Positions 18,235 to 26,932 of a DNA stretch of 27,212 nucleotides are shown piece by piece. Position 1 is the first letter of the stretch. Each line of letters opens with the position of its first letter. A program made the translations under genes and the position numbers. Origin of the DNA: Sulfurimonadaceae bacterium (GTDB taxonomy: Bacteria > Campylobacterota > Campylobacteria > Campylobacterales > Sulfurimonadaceae); NCBI GenBank assembly GCA_041546225.1, contig JBFEWT010000017.1:1-27212 (forward strand). The letters are read 5' to 3'. Under the pieces are notes generated by a model that searched no databases, was not told the DNA's origin, and was given only the letters and a program-made list of their open reading frames with translations.

Positions 18235-19053
18235 CTACTTTACTCCCTGCGCCTGAATGCGCAGTCCGTCTTTAATATTTTTTAGACTGTACAGATCCCC
18301 TATCTTCACATAGGCGGTATCACGCGGAAGCGCCAGGGTTATCTGCCAGGTTTTGCGGTCGCGTTTATAGACTTTCAATAAACGCAACGTACTGTCATAA
18401 AATGCGACGTAAGGATACCAGTTATTTCCTTTTAAACTCCATACGGTAAGACGTTTTACATTGGAAACATCCAGCCAATGGGCATCCAGGGAACGTTTAA
18501 ACGTAAGCTCTTCGCCATTGAGTATCTTCGTCAGATCAAGATGTGCCTGTGACATGTCGATCTCGTAGTGCCATTTTTGAGCGCTGTCGCGGACAACATC
18601 GACAATATCGCAGCCGCGTTTGTTGAGCTCGCTTCGCAGCATGGTCGGGTCGGTCGCATACTCCGAGGTAAGCTTTATCTTCCACGCAAACGCACTCTCA
18701 TCGAGCTTCGACTCCTCCGTAACATACCGGTAGTAGCCCATGGAGCGCAGCACGTCACCCATGATTTTGACAAAAAAGAGCGGCTGTCCGTTGGTCGAAA
18801 AAGTGATCTCCAGCGACTGCGGTGACTCAAAATAGAGGTTGAGCAGGCCGTTCTCTTTAAGCGTCTCAATGACTTTTACCGTGTCGATACGCTCATTGTG
18901 GTAGTAGTTCTCATAAGGCGAGAAGATGATCTCTATAAACGCCCTGTTCTCCTCGAACGTCTGCGCTTCTATGATGGACTGGACCTTTTCAAAGAGCAGT
19001 TCGTCCGCGCGCAGCGAAAGGAAAAGGAGGGCCAGGAGCCAAAACAGTCTCAC
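18235..19053 (-). CDS. Secreted hypothetical protein, 272 aa
   Basis: The GTG start overlaps the upstream stop (GTGA) and follows a GGGGAA RBS. The N-terminus (M)RLFWLLALLFLSLRADE is a signal peptide. I recognise no catalytic motif. Confidence 0.55.
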   Translation of the reverse strand: MRLFWLLALLFLSLRADELLFEKVQSIIEAQTFEENRAFIEIIFSPYENYYHNERIDTVKVIETLKENGLLNLYFESPQSLEITFSTNGQPLFFVKIMGDVLRSMGYYRYVTEESKLDESAFAWKIKLTSEYATDPTMLRSELNKRGCDIVDVVRDSAQKWHYEIDMSQAHLDLTKILNGEELTFKRSLDAHWLDVSNVKRLTVWSLKGNNWYPYVAFYDSTLRLLKVYKRDRKTWQITLALPRDTAYVKIGDLYSLKNIKDGLRIQAQGVK

Positions 19054-19790
19054 CAGTCACTTCCCCTGTTCTTTACGATAAACTGCTCTTGATTGATGCG
19101 CACAAGCACACCGTCTTCATACAGCAGGCGTACACGCTTGCGGTCATTAAGGTCGAGTGTCTCGTCACCATGCTCGACTTTAACCTGCCCGTGCCCCATA
19201 ATGATCAGCCAGGACTTCTCCGCATCAAGCTCAAAAGCCTTTTCGGTCATTCTGGTCGTTCGTTTATTGTTCTCAAGGTCGATCATGCCGACCCAGAGGT
19301 TCATCTTGGGAACAATAGCCAGGTGGCGTACGACGGCGACCGGCTCTTCGACGACCGGCTCTTCGACCTGAGCCGCTTCCATCTGCGCTTTCGTCTCCTG
19401 GATCAGTGCCGTATTGAGATCTGAAACCGCCGGTTCCTCTTCCTCTTCGGAGCCGTTAAATGCAATAATGGCCAAAACGATGACGATGATGACGATAGCG
19501 CCGATCACCCCTTTGTTGAGTGTACGCTCCTGCTGTTTATCACCGGATTCCGCAGAAACACTCATCGCTTCGTCTGCATCGCCCGCATAACGGAGGTACT
19601 CCTCTTTCAGGGCACCAAGGTCTATCGAATACTCGCGCTCAAGGATCGAGATAAAGCCCATAAACTGGATCTTGTTCAACTTCTCAAACGACTTCTCCAG
19701 TATCAGTTCAATGTTTTTTCTTGATATGTGTGTCGTATCGTGGATCTTTTGCGCCCCGAGACGCTTTAAATGTTCAAAACCGTCTACCAT
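19050..19790 (-). CDS. RodZ-like cytoskeleton-associated protein (HTH domain, TM, C-terminal DUF4115-like domain)
   Basis: The N-terminus has an XRE-like HTH (TTHISRKNIELILEKSFEKL). An acidic linker follows, then a TM helix (GAIVIIVIVLAIIAF), a Glu/Pro-rich spacer, and a C-terminal roughly 70-aa beta domain as in RodZ. Confidence 0.65.
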   Translation of the reverse strand: MVDGFEHLKRLGAQKIHDTTHISRKNIELILEKSFEKLNKIQFMGFISILEREYSIDLGALKEEYLRYAGDADEAMSVSAESGDKQQERTLNKGVIGAIVIIVIVLAIIAFNGSEEEEEPAVSDLNTALIQETKAQMEAAQVEEPVVEEPVAVVRHLAIVPKMNLWVGMIDLENNKRTTRMTEKAFELDAEKSWLIIMGHGQVKVEHGDETLDLNDRKRVRLLYEDGVLVRINQEQFIVKNRGSDW

Positions 19791-19791
19791 C

Positions 19792-20469
19792 TTATCGCAT
19801 CCTGTCCATCAATATTGCAGCTGCCGCACTGACATTAAGTGAATCGAAATCGTTCGCCATCTTAATGCTGACCTTATGGTCGAGACGTTTTTCGGCCCGG
19901 GCAGGTATCCCCTCGGATTCGTTACCCATGACCAATGCCCGTTTGCCTGCAGGAGAAACGTTTCGGACATCTTCGCCGTCCATCACCGCGCCGTAGGTCT
20001 CAAATCCTGCGAGTTTCAATTCGTTCAAAACATCAAACAGGTTGGTCTGCACCACAAGCGGCATGTCGTATAGTGCTCCGCTGCTACTGCGTAATATCGG
20101 CTCAAGGGCCAATTGCTTTAATCCGCAAACGATGACGGCTCCGGCCCCGAGTGCATAGGCGCTGCGGATGATAGCCCCGATATTGCCCACATCGGTAAGC
20201 CCGCTCAGGACCACTACGAACTCATGCTTCGTGACCTCTTTGAGATCACGAAGGCGGATCTCGTCAACCTCTGCCAAAAAACCTTGATGGTTACCGCTTT
20301 TACTTTTTTGCTGTGCTGCTTTTTCATGCAGGCGTTCCACGGCAAAATCCATCCGCATGAGGCGGCTGTACTCTTTTTTCTCGATCTCTTTTGCAAGATA
20401 AAGTGTCTTGATTTTGTCAGGGTGGCGCTCAACTACATAATAAACGGGCTGTTTTCCATAAATAATCAT
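19792..20469 (-). CDS. TrmH/SpoU-family RNA 2'-O-methyltransferase (RlmB-like)
   Basis: It has SPOUT motifs (VVVLSGLTDVGNIGAIIRSAYALGA, ALVMGNESEGI, LNVSAAAAILM). The stop lies 1 nt from the downstream start. Confidence 0.85.
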   Translation of the reverse strand: MIIYGKQPVYYVVERHPDKIKTLYLAKEIEKKEYSRLMRMDFAVERLHEKAAQQKSKSGNHQGFLAEVDEIRLRDLKEVTKHEFVVVLSGLTDVGNIGAIIRSAYALGAGAVIVCGLKQLALEPILRSSSGALYDMPLVVQTNLFDVLNELKLAGFETYGAVMDGEDVRNVSPAGKRALVMGNESEGIPARAEKRLDHKVSIKMANDFDSLNVSAAAAILMDRMR

Positions 20470-20521
20470 GGGTAGATAGTAGCAAAAAGAGGCTTAAACG
20501 TATAAAAAATACAAATATTTT

Positions 20522-21334
20522 TTATTCTGAATCGAGAAGACGCTGGTAGCAGGCCTTGGGGTGCTCGCCGGTGATCTTGGCGATGAGTTTTGCGGCGGCT
20601 TTTTTAGGAATGTCCAGGGCAAGGACATCTTTTTCGGAGAATCCGCCCTGCTGCTGTTCCCCCGCTTCGATAACGACGACCCACTCGCCCTTGATCCCGC
20701 CGGCCAGGAGTGCCAGCAGCTCAGACGCTGTCCCGTGATAGTAGTGCTGGTACTTTTTACTCAGCTCCTTCGCAAGGAAAAGCCGGCGCTGCGGGGCCTC
20801 TTCAGCGATCTCTTTGAGCATCTTTTCAAGACGGTGGGGTGATTCGTACAACACGGTCGTATACCCGTTGTAAAGCGCTTCGTTCAAGGCTTTTTTCCGG
20901 TCACCGCCTTTGTGCGGCAAAAAGCCGAAAAAGAGCATCTGTGTCGTGACAAACCCGCTGGCGACAAAAGCCGTAAGCGCAGCATTTGCACCGGGGAGTA
21001 TGTCGTACTCTACTGCGTGATCGATACAGTAGCGGATGAGCGCCTGCCCGGGATCGCTGATACCCGGCATGCCCGCATCGCTGGCATAAACGACATTCTG
21101 CTCAAAAAACGACGCTTCGAGCGTTTCAATGAAATGGTGCTCATTATGCGAATGCAGTGCAATAAAACGGGGGTCTTTTGTCGTCAGGTCGTAACGTTCT
21201 TTTAAAAGGTTAAGGAGTTTTTTCGTAACGCGGGTATCTTCACAGAGCAGCACATCGGCCTCGCTGAAGACCTCCATGGTCCGCAGCGAGATGTCGCCGA
21301 TATTGCCGATAGGCGTGGGGACAAGTGTCAACAT
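20522..21334 (-). CDS. rsmI: 16S rRNA (cytidine1402-2'-O)-methyltransferase
   Basis: It belongs to the tetrapyrrole-methylase superfamily, and the N-terminus LVPTPIGNIGDIS...VLLCEDTR is typical of RsmI/YraL. It is 270 aa. Confidence 0.88.
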   Translation of the reverse strand: MLTLVPTPIGNIGDISLRTMEVFSEADVLLCEDTRVTKKLLNLLKERYDLTTKDPRFIALHSHNEHHFIETLEASFFEQNVVYASDAGMPGISDPGQALIRYCIDHAVEYDILPGANAALTAFVASGFVTTQMLFFGFLPHKGGDRKKALNEALYNGYTTVLYESPHRLEKMLKEIAEEAPQRRLFLAKELSKKYQHYYHGTASELLALLAGGIKGEWVVVIEAGEQQQGGFSEKDVLALDIPKKAAAKLIAKITGEHPKACYQRLLDSE

Positions 21335-21354
21335 CGCCTATGCAGCCAAAAGGC

Positions 21355-21555
21355 TTAGTCCATGTTGTAACGTTTTTTGAACTTCTCGATACGTCCGGCA
21401 GTATCAACAACTTTCTGTGAACCTGTATAGAACGGGTGACACTCGTTACAGATATCGATCTTCAGTTCCGGAAGTGTGCTTTTTGTCTGGAAAGTGTTTC
21501 CGCATGCACAAGATACTGCACATTCAACTACGTTAGGGTGAATTTCTTTTTTCAT
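21355..21555 (-). CDS. rpmE: 50S ribosomal protein L31 (zinc-binding type)
   Basis: The 66-aa translation begins MKKEIHPN. It has two Cys pairs (C..C ... C..C) and ends RYN(M)D, like L31. Confidence 0.93.
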   Translation of the reverse strand: MKKEIHPNVVECAVSCACGNTFQTKSTLPELKIDICNECHPFYTGSQKVVDTAGRIEKFKKRYNMD

Positions 21556-21782
21556 TTCGTTTGCCTTGGATGATACACGTCATTGTACGTATATCTGTAT
21601 ATTTTACTCCCGTACAGGTGCGGGGAATTGGACGCGAATTTTAGCGTAAAAAACTTTTTTTTACAACTGCCCTCTCTTAAAGTCCTTCAAAACCATAGAG
21701 AAGATGTCACTTACTGTACGTTTTTAATTGTTTTTTAATACTTTAATCCAGTTGGAGCACCATTACAATTGGTAACAAACCG

Positions 21783-21832
21783 TTTCATATCGCTTATTAT
21801 GAAATAGCGATTAAAGGAGTTACCTATATAAT
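21783..21832 (+). promoter_or_regulatory. Promoter of the TonB-dependent receptor gene, with two overlapping inverted repeats (candidate operator) just upstream of the -10
   Basis: The -10 TATAAT lies at 21827..21832, and the RBS TAAGG..CAGG lies 8 nt before the ATG. IR1 is TTTCATA (21783..21789) / TATGAAA (21798..21804). IR2 is ATCGCT (21789..21794) / AGCGAT (21806..21811). The two are interleaved across the -35 region. Confidence 0.35.
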
Positions 21833-21866
21833 AAAAACAAATCCTATCTAAGGCAGGCCATACATA

Positions 21867-23999
21867 ATGTTACGCATCCCTACTCTGCTCCTTACCGCAT
21901 CTCTGTGCTCTTTCGCCGTCGAGAACGACACACAAATGTCCCAGATACTGACCCTGCTTGACGAAGTGAGCGAAATAGCGACCAAGAAAGGGATGAATGT
22001 CGACTACCTCCCCTCTGTCGTGACCGTTATAGATGCCGATTCGCTGCAGGCCTCCGGTGCACAGAATCTCAGCGAGGCCCTTGACCTGCTGCCGGGTATC
22101 CAGGTGCAGATAAGCCCGATGGGCTACCCCATGATCACCGTGCGCGGGCTCAAAAACCCCAATGCCTACCTCTCGGACAAGATAAAACTGCTCATTGACG
22201 GCAACGGGGTCAATACCGAGACATACGGTACGGCTTACCACTATATGGATTTCCCGCTGGCCATGGTCGAGCGTATAGAACTGCTGCGCGGTCCGGGCTC
22301 GACCATTTACGGTGCCGGTGCGTTTTACGGCGCGGTGAACGTCATAACCAAAAGCGGCGAAGGGCTTACAGCCAATAAGACCTATACCAGTCTGGGAAGT
22401 TATAAATATGCCCTTGGCGGGGCGACGACCTATACCGATACCGGGGAGTGGAAGATCTTTGCTGACGGTTACTACCAGTTCAGCGATAAACAAATCGACA
22501 TCGGTGATGAATCCAGCAATCCTACACAGCCCTATACCAATGACGTCTTTGATGACTTCTCCATCGGTATGCGGGCCAAAAAGGGCAATTTTGAACTTCA
22601 GGCACGCTATAAGCGCAATGTCGTCGGAAACCATTACGGCTTTGAGGGAAAACTCGTCCCCTATCCTGAGAACGATCATGAAAATGCACACTTTTTTGCC
22701 CAGATCTCCTATGAGAGCGCACTTTTTTCAGACTGGAAAGTAGCGACCAAGGCCGCGTTCAACCAGCATGAGCTTGATGTTACGGCAGACCTTTACCTGC
22801 TTTCGAAGATCAACAGCAACCTGCAAAAGAACATGACCGACTTCAACCTGACGGCTACCGAGGGACAGAGATACAGCGAACATAACAGCGAACGCTCTGC
22901 GGAAGCCGAAGTGACGTTGCTCCCTTCCGTTCCCGAAGGGCACGATCTTCAACTGACCTTCGGAGCACGTCACGCCTGGCTGATCAAAGACAGTTTTTCC
23001 AATAACCTCGAAGACCTCATCTATGATAACTGGGACTACATCGTAACGCATCCTGATTATCCCAACTTCTATTATAACGGCGAACCTGCCCTCAATCACG
23101 ATCAGACCGATACGCTGCTGAGCCATAAAGTGAGCCGGACCAACCTTTACGCGTCGCTGCAGGAGCTTTATGCCATCACCGATGCAATTGACCTGACACT
23201 GGGTGTCCGTATAGACAACTACTCGGATTTCGGAACGCAGCCGAGCTCACGCGCCGCGCTTGTCTGGCGCGCTAACGACAACATGATCTTCAAGCTTCTC
23301 TACGGTTCAGGCTTCAGAGCACCAAGCTGGGTGGAAGCCTACGCCAATCCGCACATCAATTTCCGTGCAGGCGACGAGGATATCAAACCCGAAGAGACCC
23401 ATACCTATGAAGCGGTTGCGATCTACAAGCCCTCTATGGGTCAGAAGGTAGCATTGAACTTCTTTTATGCCGATCTCAAGAACGTCATCGACATCGAAGA
23501 GGAGTTTTTGACTGAGACGGGGTATAGAAACTATGACAGCCGCCACAGTCAAGGGGTGGAGATGGAGTATTTTTACCGTGCAGACACACAGCATGAACTC
23601 TATCTAAACGGTACATGGCAGGAGACGACATATATCCTTCCCGAATACTACGTCGAAGTCGATATGCCCGATGTGTCCGATTATATGTTCAAAGCGATGC
23701 ATATCTACCGTGCCACTGCAAACCTGAGTTTCGGTACCACATTCCGCTGGTACAGCGCGACCAACCAGAATGAGATCTTCACCGATCCCTACTGGGGCGA
23801 TCGCGATACGACGGTGCCGATTCAGCGCGTCTGGGATGAGACCGTTACCTTCAAAGCCTCGCCCGGCAGCCTGATACGCCTGAGTGTTAAAAACATTTTC
23901 GATGATGTTATACGCGATCCGAGCTACTACTACCGTACAGAAAACGGCGTGATCAGAGAAGGCAGGAACTTCCTGCTGAGTTATTCACAGAGCTTTTAA
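21867..23999 (+). CDS. TonB-dependent outer-membrane receptor
   Basis: It has a signal peptide (MLRIPTLLLTASLCSFA) and a plug domain (DYLPSVVTVIDADSLQASGAQNLSEALDLLPGIQV...IELLRGPGSTIYGAGAFYGAVNVITK). A long beta-barrel region follows, and the C-terminus is an aromatic residue (..SYSQSF). Confidence 0.9.
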   Translation: MLRIPTLLLTASLCSFAVENDTQMSQILTLLDEVSEIATKKGMNVDYLPSVVTVIDADSLQASGAQNLSEALDLLPGIQVQISPMGYPMITVRGLKNPNAYLSDKIKLLIDGNGVNTETYGTAYHYMDFPLAMVERIELLRGPGSTIYGAGAFYGAVNVITKSGEGLTANKTYTSLGSYKYALGGATTYTDTGEWKIFADGYYQFSDKQIDIGDESSNPTQPYTNDVFDDFSIGMRAKKGNFELQARYKRNVVGNHYGFEGKLVPYPENDHENAHFFAQISYESALFSDWKVATKAAFNQHELDVTADLYLLSKINSNLQKNMTDFNLTATEGQRYSEHNSERSAEAEVTLLPSVPEGHDLQLTFGARHAWLIKDSFSNNLEDLIYDNWDYIVTHPDYPNFYYNGEPALNHDQTDTLLSHKVSRTNLYASLQELYAITDAIDLTLGVRIDNYSDFGTQPSSRAALVWRANDNMIFKLLYGSGFRAPSWVEAYANPHINFRAGDEDIKPEETHTYEAVAIYKPSMGQKVALNFFYADLKNVIDIEEEFLTETGYRNYDSRHSQGVEMEYFYRADTQHELYLNGTWQETTYILPEYYVEVDMPDVSDYMFKAMHIYRATANLSFGTTFRWYSATNQNEIFTDPYWGDRDTTVPIQRVWDETVTFKASPGSLIRLSVKNIFDDVIRDPSYYYRTENGVIREGRNFLLSYSQSF

Positions 24000-24667
24000 A
24001 GCAGGATTTTACTGCTGACGGCAACCGCAGCACTCTCCGACCTTAGAACCAGCGGGGTGTCGAGCCTGAACCTCCGCTGCTTCGAGAGCAGCTCACGCTC
24101 TTTTTCGCTAAAACCGCCTTCGCAGCCTATCAGCACCGTCTCGATATCCGATGTCTCCTGAAGCACGTTTTCACAAAAATCAAACACCGCCGTATCGGGA
24201 TGCGACGCAATAAACTCGCTGAGCGAACCTGCCGTCGCGAATGCCATCATGGCACTGCGCCCGCACTGCTGCATCGATGCCGTGACCATGCGTTCATACC
24301 GTTTCAGGTCGCTTCTGAAGTTCTTCTGCGAGCGTTCGCAGTTGATAAAGGTGATCTTCTCGACCCCAAGCTCATTGAGCATCGGCAGTACTTTTTCGAC
24401 CGATTTCGGGTCGATGACACACCAGCCGATATGCAGTTTTTTATCCGCTTTTACGATGGATTCCGTACTGTTTTGAAGTGTGAAACGGGCGTTGCGCCCG
24501 TCGATATCTATGAGGGAGTAGCTGTGCAGCATCTGCGTACTTTCAGGGTGCCGGAAAGCGACGACATCCCCGACCTGATGACGGCGCACCTTTATCAGGT
24601 ATTTGTAGTTCTCGCCTTTGACAAGCAGCGTTTCTTTTCCCGCATCCTCGTCAAAAAGAAAGATCAC
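23996..24667 (-). CDS. rsmE: 16S rRNA (uracil1498-N3)-methyltransferase
   Basis: It has a PUA-like N-terminus. The SPOUT C-terminus carries GCEGGFSEKERE, which matches the RsmE GPEGG(F/W)S motif. The stop codon overlaps the stop of the convergent TonB-receptor gene. Confidence 0.85.
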   Translation of the reverse strand: MIFLFDEDAGKETLLVKGENYKYLIKVRRHQVGDVVAFRHPESTQMLHSYSLIDIDGRNARFTLQNSTESIVKADKKLHIGWCVIDPKSVEKVLPMLNELGVEKITFINCERSQKNFRSDLKRYERMVTASMQQCGRSAMMAFATAGSLSEFIASHPDTAVFDFCENVLQETSDIETVLIGCEGGFSEKERELLSKQRRFRLDTPLVLRSESAAVAVSSKILL

Positions 24668-25071
24668 AGTACCATCCAGGCGGTGATACCGGCTGTCCAG
24701 ATCATCTCTGCTCCAAGAATACGCAGGGCGATACGCTTGTACGACGCCATCGCATCCTCTTTTCTCGGATCGGTACGTTTGAGTATCTTGTAGCGTTTGA
24801 CCTCGAGTACGATCATCACGATACCGAATACGATCATCACAATGTTCTCAACCGTAAAGTCAAGATGCTTTGCGGCCATCATAATCGTACCCGTAAAGAG
24901 CACTGCAGCGATAAGTGTCGCGCCGACCGGCATCCAGACACGTGTCTTGTTGGCATACTGGTAGATATTCTCCGCCATCAGCAACTGTACTATATTAAGC
25001 CCTGTCACACCTATCAACGCCCAGACGACGAAGGCATGAACACCGATTGTCATTGTATACATCTCTTCCAT
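24664..25071 (-). CDS. Small polytopic membrane protein (about 4 TM), function unknown
   Basis: It has four hydrophobic helices and its stop overlaps the rsmE start (ATGA). It is the first gene of the minus-strand rsmE array. An alternative start at ATG 25053 (MTIGVHAF..) has a GGAAGAG RBS. Confidence 0.55.
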   Translation of the reverse strand: MEEMYTMTIGVHAFVVWALIGVTGLNIVQLLMAENIYQYANKTRVWMPVGATLIAAVLFTGTIMMAAKHLDFTVENIVMIVFGIVMIVLEVKRYKILKRTDPRKEDAMASYKRIALRILGAEMIWTAGITAWMVL

Positions 25072-25096
25072 AAACGAAATTTTACCCCAACTTCCC

Positions 25097-25102
25097 TATA
25101 AT
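25097..25102 (+). promoter_or_regulatory. Candidate -10 element of the moeA promoter
   Basis: Perfect TATAAT lies 27 nt upstream of the moeA ATG and an AAGG RBS follows. Confidence 0.3.
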
Positions 25103-25128
25103 CAGGTAAATGAAACACAAGGTAACCC

Positions 25129-26349
25129 ATGGCCGTCTCCGTTGAAGAAGCTTTACAGATCATTTACGATGCCGTCAGCGCAAAACAAACAGAACTTTTG
25201 CCCCTTGAGATGGCCTTGGGCCGGATACTGGCTGAAGATATCCATGCCGTGCACAACCTGCCCCCTTTTGACAACTCGGCAATGGACGGGTATGCCGTTA
25301 CCTGCGCCGATGCCGGCAAAAATGTCGAGGTACTGACGACCATTTTCGCCGGTGACGATATCGAGGCGAAAGTGTATGAAGGGGCCTGTGTCAAGATCAT
25401 GACCGGGGCAAAAATCCCCGAAGGGACCGAATGCATCGTCCCCGTCGAGAACACCACCCCCGCCGACAGTGATCATGTCACCCTGCCTGAAGCCCTGAAG
25501 CCAAGCCAGCACATCCGCCTCTGCGGCGAGGATATCCAGAGCGGCGACCTGCTCCTGCAACGCGGAGAGCAGCTCTTCGCCCACCGCATAACGCTGCTCG
25601 CATCGCAGGGCATCAGCCATGTCAACGTCCACAAGAGACCGCGCATCGCCCTCTTTGCATCGGGCAGCGAACTGAAGATGCATTTTGAGAGTGTCGAAGC
25701 GCACCAGCTTTACAATACAAACACCCCGACCTTCAACGCCCGCGCACAGGAGCTCGGTTGCGAGATCAGTTTCGTAGGGACGGCGAAAGACAGCCTCGAT
25801 GAGATCAAGAAGTATATCGGCAGCGCCCTCGACTCCGATCTTATCATCACATCCGGCGGTGTGAGCGTCGGCGACGCGGACTACACCAAAGAGGCTTTCG
25901 GCGCTTTCGGTTTCGAGACACTTTTCGATAAGATCAACATCAAACCCGGGAAGCCGACCACCTTTGGACGCATCGGCACAACCTACGTGCTCAATCTTCC
26001 GGGCAATCCGCTCGCAGCTGCGATGAACTTCGAACTCTTTGCACAGAGCATCATCCTCGCCCTCAGCGGTGCAGCACGCAAGCATCTCGGCAGTGTAAGT
26101 GCCCTCATGGCGCATGACTTCTCGCTCAAGCCGGGCCGCCGCACGTTGGTACCGGGCTATTATGACGGCACAACCTTTACCGCCTGTGCGAAATTTGCCC
26201 CGGGCATGATCTCCCCTCTGGCACAGTCAAACGGGTTCATCATGATAGACGAGAGTCTGGACGCCTTGCCCGAAGCAAAAGCTGTCAAGTTCATCCCTAC
26301 CCGTTTTCAGATGACACAGGAGAGCGCACAGGACCTGGTCACAAAGTAA
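25129..26349 (+). CDS. moeA: Molybdopterin molybdenumtransferase
   Basis: It is 406 aa. LPPFDNSAMDGYAV and GGVSVGDADY are MoeA/gephyrin-E signatures. Confidence 0.9.
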   Translation: MAVSVEEALQIIYDAVSAKQTELLPLEMALGRILAEDIHAVHNLPPFDNSAMDGYAVTCADAGKNVEVLTTIFAGDDIEAKVYEGACVKIMTGAKIPEGTECIVPVENTTPADSDHVTLPEALKPSQHIRLCGEDIQSGDLLLQRGEQLFAHRITLLASQGISHVNVHKRPRIALFASGSELKMHFESVEAHQLYNTNTPTFNARAQELGCEISFVGTAKDSLDEIKKYIGSALDSDLIITSGGVSVGDADYTKEAFGAFGFETLFDKINIKPGKPTTFGRIGTTYVLNLPGNPLAAAMNFELFAQSIILALSGAARKHLGSVSALMAHDFSLKPGRRTLVPGYYDGTTFTACAKFAPGMISPLAQSNGFIMIDESLDALPEAKAVKFIPTRFQMTQESAQDLVTK

Positions 26350-26353
26350 GACG

Positions 26354-26932
26354 ATGCCGCGCTTCTTTGTCTTAAGGTCCTACGCCCTTCCTCTCCTTCT
26401 CCTCTTCACCGCTCTATTTACCCAACTGGCGGGGCCCGAAGCGACGGCGCTGCTGCGTTATGAACAGTCGTTCATAACTGATGGAGAGCTCTGGCGCCTG
26501 CTGAGTGCGCACCTGGTACACCTTGACTGGACACACTTCTGGATGAATGCCGCCGCACTGGTGTTTATATGGATACTTGTCGGAGACTTTCTGACCCAGA
26601 CGGAGTGGGTCTCTACACTCTTCGCGAGTGCAGTGGGCATCACACTCGGTTTTTACCTTTTTATGCCCTCTTTGCAGTGGTATGTCGGGCTTTCGGGTGT
26701 TTTGCATGCGCTGCTGATATGCGGTGCGTTGATGGGAACAGTGCAAAAAGATCGTCTCAGTATGATTCTCCTGACAGGCATCATTGTCAAACTCATGGCA
26801 GAACATTTCTACGGTGCGTTCTCATCGGAAATCATAGAGGGGAGTGTCGTGACGGAATCGCACCTTTTCGGTGCGCTCATGGGAATGGCCTCAGCCTTTG
26901 TCATAGGGCTGAGAAGAAAATTTAGTTCGTAA
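26354..26932 (+). CDS. rrtA: Rhomboid-family intramembrane serine protease, rhombosortase-like (192 aa, 6 TM, no extra domains)
   Basis: Rhomboid motifs are intact. TM2 has WRLLSAHLVHLDWTHFWMN (GlpG: WRYFTHALMHFSLMHILFN). TM4 has GLSGVLHAL (GlpG: GLSGVVYAL, catalytic Ser). TM6 has ESHLFGALMG (GlpG: AHIAGLAVG, catalytic His). It starts 4 nt after moeA. It is convergent with, and overlaps by 11 nt, a gene whose product ends in a GlyGly-CTERM signal. Confidence 0.78.
   Translation: MPRFFVLRSYALPLLLLFTALFTQLAGPEATALLRYEQSFITDGELWRLLSAHLVHLDWTHFWMNAAALVFIWILVGDFLTQTEWVSTLFASAVGITLGFYLFMPSLQWYVGLSGVLHALLICGALMGTVQKDRLSMILLTGIIVKLMAEHFYGAFSSEIIEGSVVTESHLFGALMGMASAFVIGLRRKFSS

Noticed and set aside
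21556-21866. A riboswitch (cobalamin or Moco) or small RNA in the 311-bp rpmE / TonB-receptor intergenic region.
   Set aside because: No B12-box (GCCACTG-like) or other conserved riboswitch core sequences are visible. The region is explained by divergent AT-rich promoters, the inverted repeats above, and an A6-C-T8 tract.
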